Source: Candidatus Omnitrophota bacterium
Lineage (GTDB): Bacteria > Omnitrophota > Gorgyraeia > JABMRG01 > JAFGKX01
Assembly: GCA_020354945.1 (NCBI GenBank)
Contig: CP070655.1
Location: 631,376-651,253 of the forward strand
Direction of reading: 5' to 3'
DNA: 19,878 nucleotides
Part shown: positions 17,866-19,878 of the stretch, one piece after another
How the letters are laid out: the number at the start of each line of letters is the position of its first letter
Numbering within the stretch: the stretch's first letter is position 1
Made by a program: the position numbers and the translations under genes
The notes under the pieces: generated by a model
Seen by the model: the letters and a program-made list of their open reading frames with translations, nothing else
Databases searched by the model: none
What the model was told of the DNA's origin: nothing

Positions 17866-18258
17866 TTACTCTAAATATCCTAGATATTTTTCATAAGCAG
17901 CCTTTATGTCATAACTATCTGTTGCCATATCATAGGAACCCACGTCTTCGGTTGGCGTTCGGCGCTGAAATTGTATTGCTGTACCAGTTACCTGGTATTG
18001 ACACATAGAATCAGCACCAGGTAAGCTTATATTTAAAACATCGCTTGGGTCTGTGCCATAAACCCATGTATAATAAAATCCCCGCTTAAAATGATAATAT
18101 TTCTCTGCTGCAAGAATAAGCTGTACGGTATTGGGGACCTCCCTCAATCTTGCCTTTATACGAAATGCTTGAAATCGGGGATAGGATATTGCAGCAAGAA
18201 TACCGATAATAACTACGACTGCTAACAACTCTGTTACAGTAAAAGCTTTTATTTTCGT
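17866..18258 (-). CDS. Type IV pilin-like protein (pilin 2); expected start codon reads ACG (non-canonical start or recently silenced gene)
   Basis: The frame extends upstream of the TTG at 18228 as ACG AAA ATA AAA GCT TTT ACT GTA ACA GAG = (T)KIKA|FTVTE, aligning codon for codon with pilin 1 MKRNA|FTLTE. There is an in-frame TAA at 18285-18283 and no ATG/GTG/TTG between it and the cleavage site. Confidence 0.85.
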   Translation of the reverse strand, partial: TKIKAFTVTELLAVVVIIGILAAISYPRFQAFRIKARLREVPNTVQLILAAEKYYHFKRGFYYTWVYGTDPSDVLNISLPGADSMCQYQVTGTAIQFQRRTPTEDVGSYDMATDSYDIKAAYEKYLGYLE

Positions 18259-18887
18259 ATTTTTTCCTCTACCTTCTTTTGATTATAGACTTCGTTTAAA
18301 AGCTCTTCGGTCGTCTTTATATTCGGATTTTGCTCAATGGCCCTTTTTATCATCTGGGTCGCTTCGTTGTTTTTGTATTGAAGCTGGCTTAAAACCTCCA
18401 TTGCCTCTTCCTCTATATCTTTTCTTAAAGCTATCTCGTCTGGTTTAAATCTATCTTTTATAAGGCCGAACCTGCCGACCTTACCTTGGAGCTTTGCAAC
18501 TATTTGCTTGGCCCTTTGTTCTCCTATGCCGGGCAAGGTTCTGAGGCGAGATATGTCTGCTGATTCTATGGCCTGAATAATATTAGATATCGGTTCACTT
18601 AATGCCTTAACAGCAGCTTTGGGCCCTACCCCAGAAACGGTTATAAATTTTTCAAAGAATTCTTTTTCTATCTGATTTGTAAATCCAATTAATACCGGAG
18701 TGCTCCTGGCCGGGTCATTTGCAAGATAATGAAAAGTTATCAGTTCTATCGCATTGCCAATCCTGGTATCTTTTAAATCGTTCAATACGGTAAGTGGAAC
18801 TAAAATTTCATATCCTATGCTATTTATTTCGATGATGAGGCTGGCTTCGTTTTTCCTGATAAGCTTGCCTTTTATTTTGGATATCAT
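18249..18887 (-). CDS. ruvA: Holliday junction DNA-binding protein RuvA
   Basis: MISKIKG, IGYEI, LIGF...EKEFF, VSGVGPKAA, LPGIGEQRA, ALSE/LSQLQY-type helices; lies between ruvC and ruvB. Confidence 0.96.
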   Translation of the reverse strand: MISKIKGKLIRKNEASLIIEINSIGYEILVPLTVLNDLKDTRIGNAIELITFHYLANDPARSTPVLIGFTNQIEKEFFEKFITVSGVGPKAAVKALSEPISNIIQAIESADISRLRTLPGIGEQRAKQIVAKLQGKVGRFGLIKDRFKPDEIALRKDIEEEAMEVLSQLQYKNNEATQMIKRAIEQNPNIKTTEELLNEVYNQKKVEEKIRK

Positions 18888-19375
18888 ATGTTAAAATCCT
18901 TCCTCAAATGATATATATATGTCAAGCACAAAGCCAGAGCATCGGTTATATCCGCTGGCCCCTGAGAGGGCTTTAGATTCAAAAGGCCTTCTACTGTACG
19001 CTGGACCTGCTGTTTTGAGGCATTGACGTTGCCAGACACTGCCCGCTTCACTGTTTTAGCCGGATAATTAACCAGCTCTAAATTTTTTAAACTTGCTGCT
19101 AAAATAATCACCCCTCTGGCATGGCCCATTAGAATCGCCGTCATCGGATGCTTATAATGAGAATAGAGTTTCTCCAGAATGCAAACCTTAGGCCTGGTCT
19201 CTTTGATTAAGTCTAAGATTTGGGAATAGATGATATTAAGACGGGTGAGTAGATCTTGTTTACCGGATGTTTTTATTGCGCCTGCTTCTATAATTTTTAT
19301 ATTCCCTCTATTTTGCACAACTACGCCATATCCGGTTATATTCAGGCCTGGATCAATACCGAGAATGCACATCAT
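18884..19375 (-). CDS. ruvC: Crossover junction endodeoxyribonuclease RuvC
   Basis: ILGIDPG...TGYG, conserved E, GHARG, ASKQQV, DITDALA. The start could be 19375 or 19372. Confidence 0.97.
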   Translation of the reverse strand: MMCILGIDPGLNITGYGVVVQNRGNIKIIEAGAIKTSGKQDLLTRLNIIYSQILDLIKETRPKVCILEKLYSHYKHPMTAILMGHARGVIILAASLKNLELVNYPAKTVKRAVSGNVNASKQQVQRTVEGLLNLKPSQGPADITDALALCLTYIYHLRKDFNI

Positions 19376-19425
19376 CAGTTATCAGTTATCAGTTATCAGT
19401 TATCAGTACTGAAAACTGAAGACTG
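19374..19425. repeat. Heptamer tandem repeat (ATCAGTT)4-ATCAGT followed by degenerate inverted units ACTGAAA-ACTGAAG-ACTG
   Basis: Read directly; fills almost the whole yebC-ruvC spacer and overlaps the ruvC ATG. Confidence 0.92.
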
Positions 19426-19428
19426 CCT

Positions 19429-19878
19429 TTATCCGCTTGCCTCCAATATTATGCTATCAGGTATATCAAAGTTCGAGTAGACGTTTTGGACATCATCGTG
19501 CTCTTCCAGGCCCTCTATTAATGACAAAACGCTTCTTGCCGGGGCCCCTTCTACCTTAACGGTGCTGGATGGAATCATGGTGAGCTCAGCAGATTCTATT
19601 TTTATATTAGACTTTTCAAATGCAGTTTTTACCTTTTCAAAATCAGCCACGCTGGTAGTTATTTCATACATATCGCCGCAGGTACTCATATCCTCTGCGC
19701 CAGATTCTAAGGCTGCACTCATAAGGATATCCTCATCTACATCCTGTTTTTTTACAAGAAGGAACCCTTTCTTTTTAAACATCCACTGGACACTGCCTTG
19801 CCCGGCCATGCTGCCGCCTTTTTTTGAAAAAATGGTTCTTATTTCTGCAGTTGAGCGATTTTTATTGTCGGTGAGTGT
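19429..19878 (-). CDS. yebC: YebC/PmpR family protein, C-terminal 149 aa (start lies outside the window)
   Basis: The frame is open to the window edge: TLTDNKNRSTAEIRTIFSKKGGSM..GSVQWMF.KKG...LEEHDDVQNVYSN; upstream of ruvC. Confidence 0.96.
   Translation of the reverse strand, partial: TLTDNKNRSTAEIRTIFSKKGGSMAGQGSVQWMFKKKGFLLVKKQDVDEDILMSAALESGAEDMSTCGDMYEITTSVADFEKVKTAFEKSNIKIESAELTMIPSSTVKVEGAPARSVLSLIEGLEEHDDVQNVYSNFDIPDSIILEASG

Noticed and set aside
19374-19425. Tandem repeats as a possible CRISPR array
   Set aside because: 7-bp units with no spacers, and no cas genes in the window.

Overview
AT-rich bacterial chromosomal window. Most of it is one long minus-strand housekeeping gene string: yebC(partial)-ruvC-ruvA-[pilin]-ruvB-queH-DUF2905-spoIID/lytB-queA-tgt-yajC-secDF-CDF transporter-recJ-[pilin]-mscS-otsA-otsB. 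This converges on rpmB (+), followed by recG and a tRNA-Thr(GGT)-tuf unit with a near-perfect sigma70 promoter. Protein signatures suggest a PVC-group organism, possibly Omnitrophota (inference only). No transposase, integrase or CRISPR array is seen. Unusual points: (1) two paralogous type IV pilin genes sit at the 3' ends of recJ and ruvA with near-identical junctions, and one has ACG where the other has ATG; (2) a shared 19-bp motif lies directly before the ruvB and recJ starts; (3) four different 7-bp tandem repeats occur, three as intergenic hairpins and one inside queA; (4) two multi-hairpin intergenic elements occur, one with switch-like pairing around the otsA ribosome-binding site; (5) EF-Tu reads GKTC instead of GKTT.
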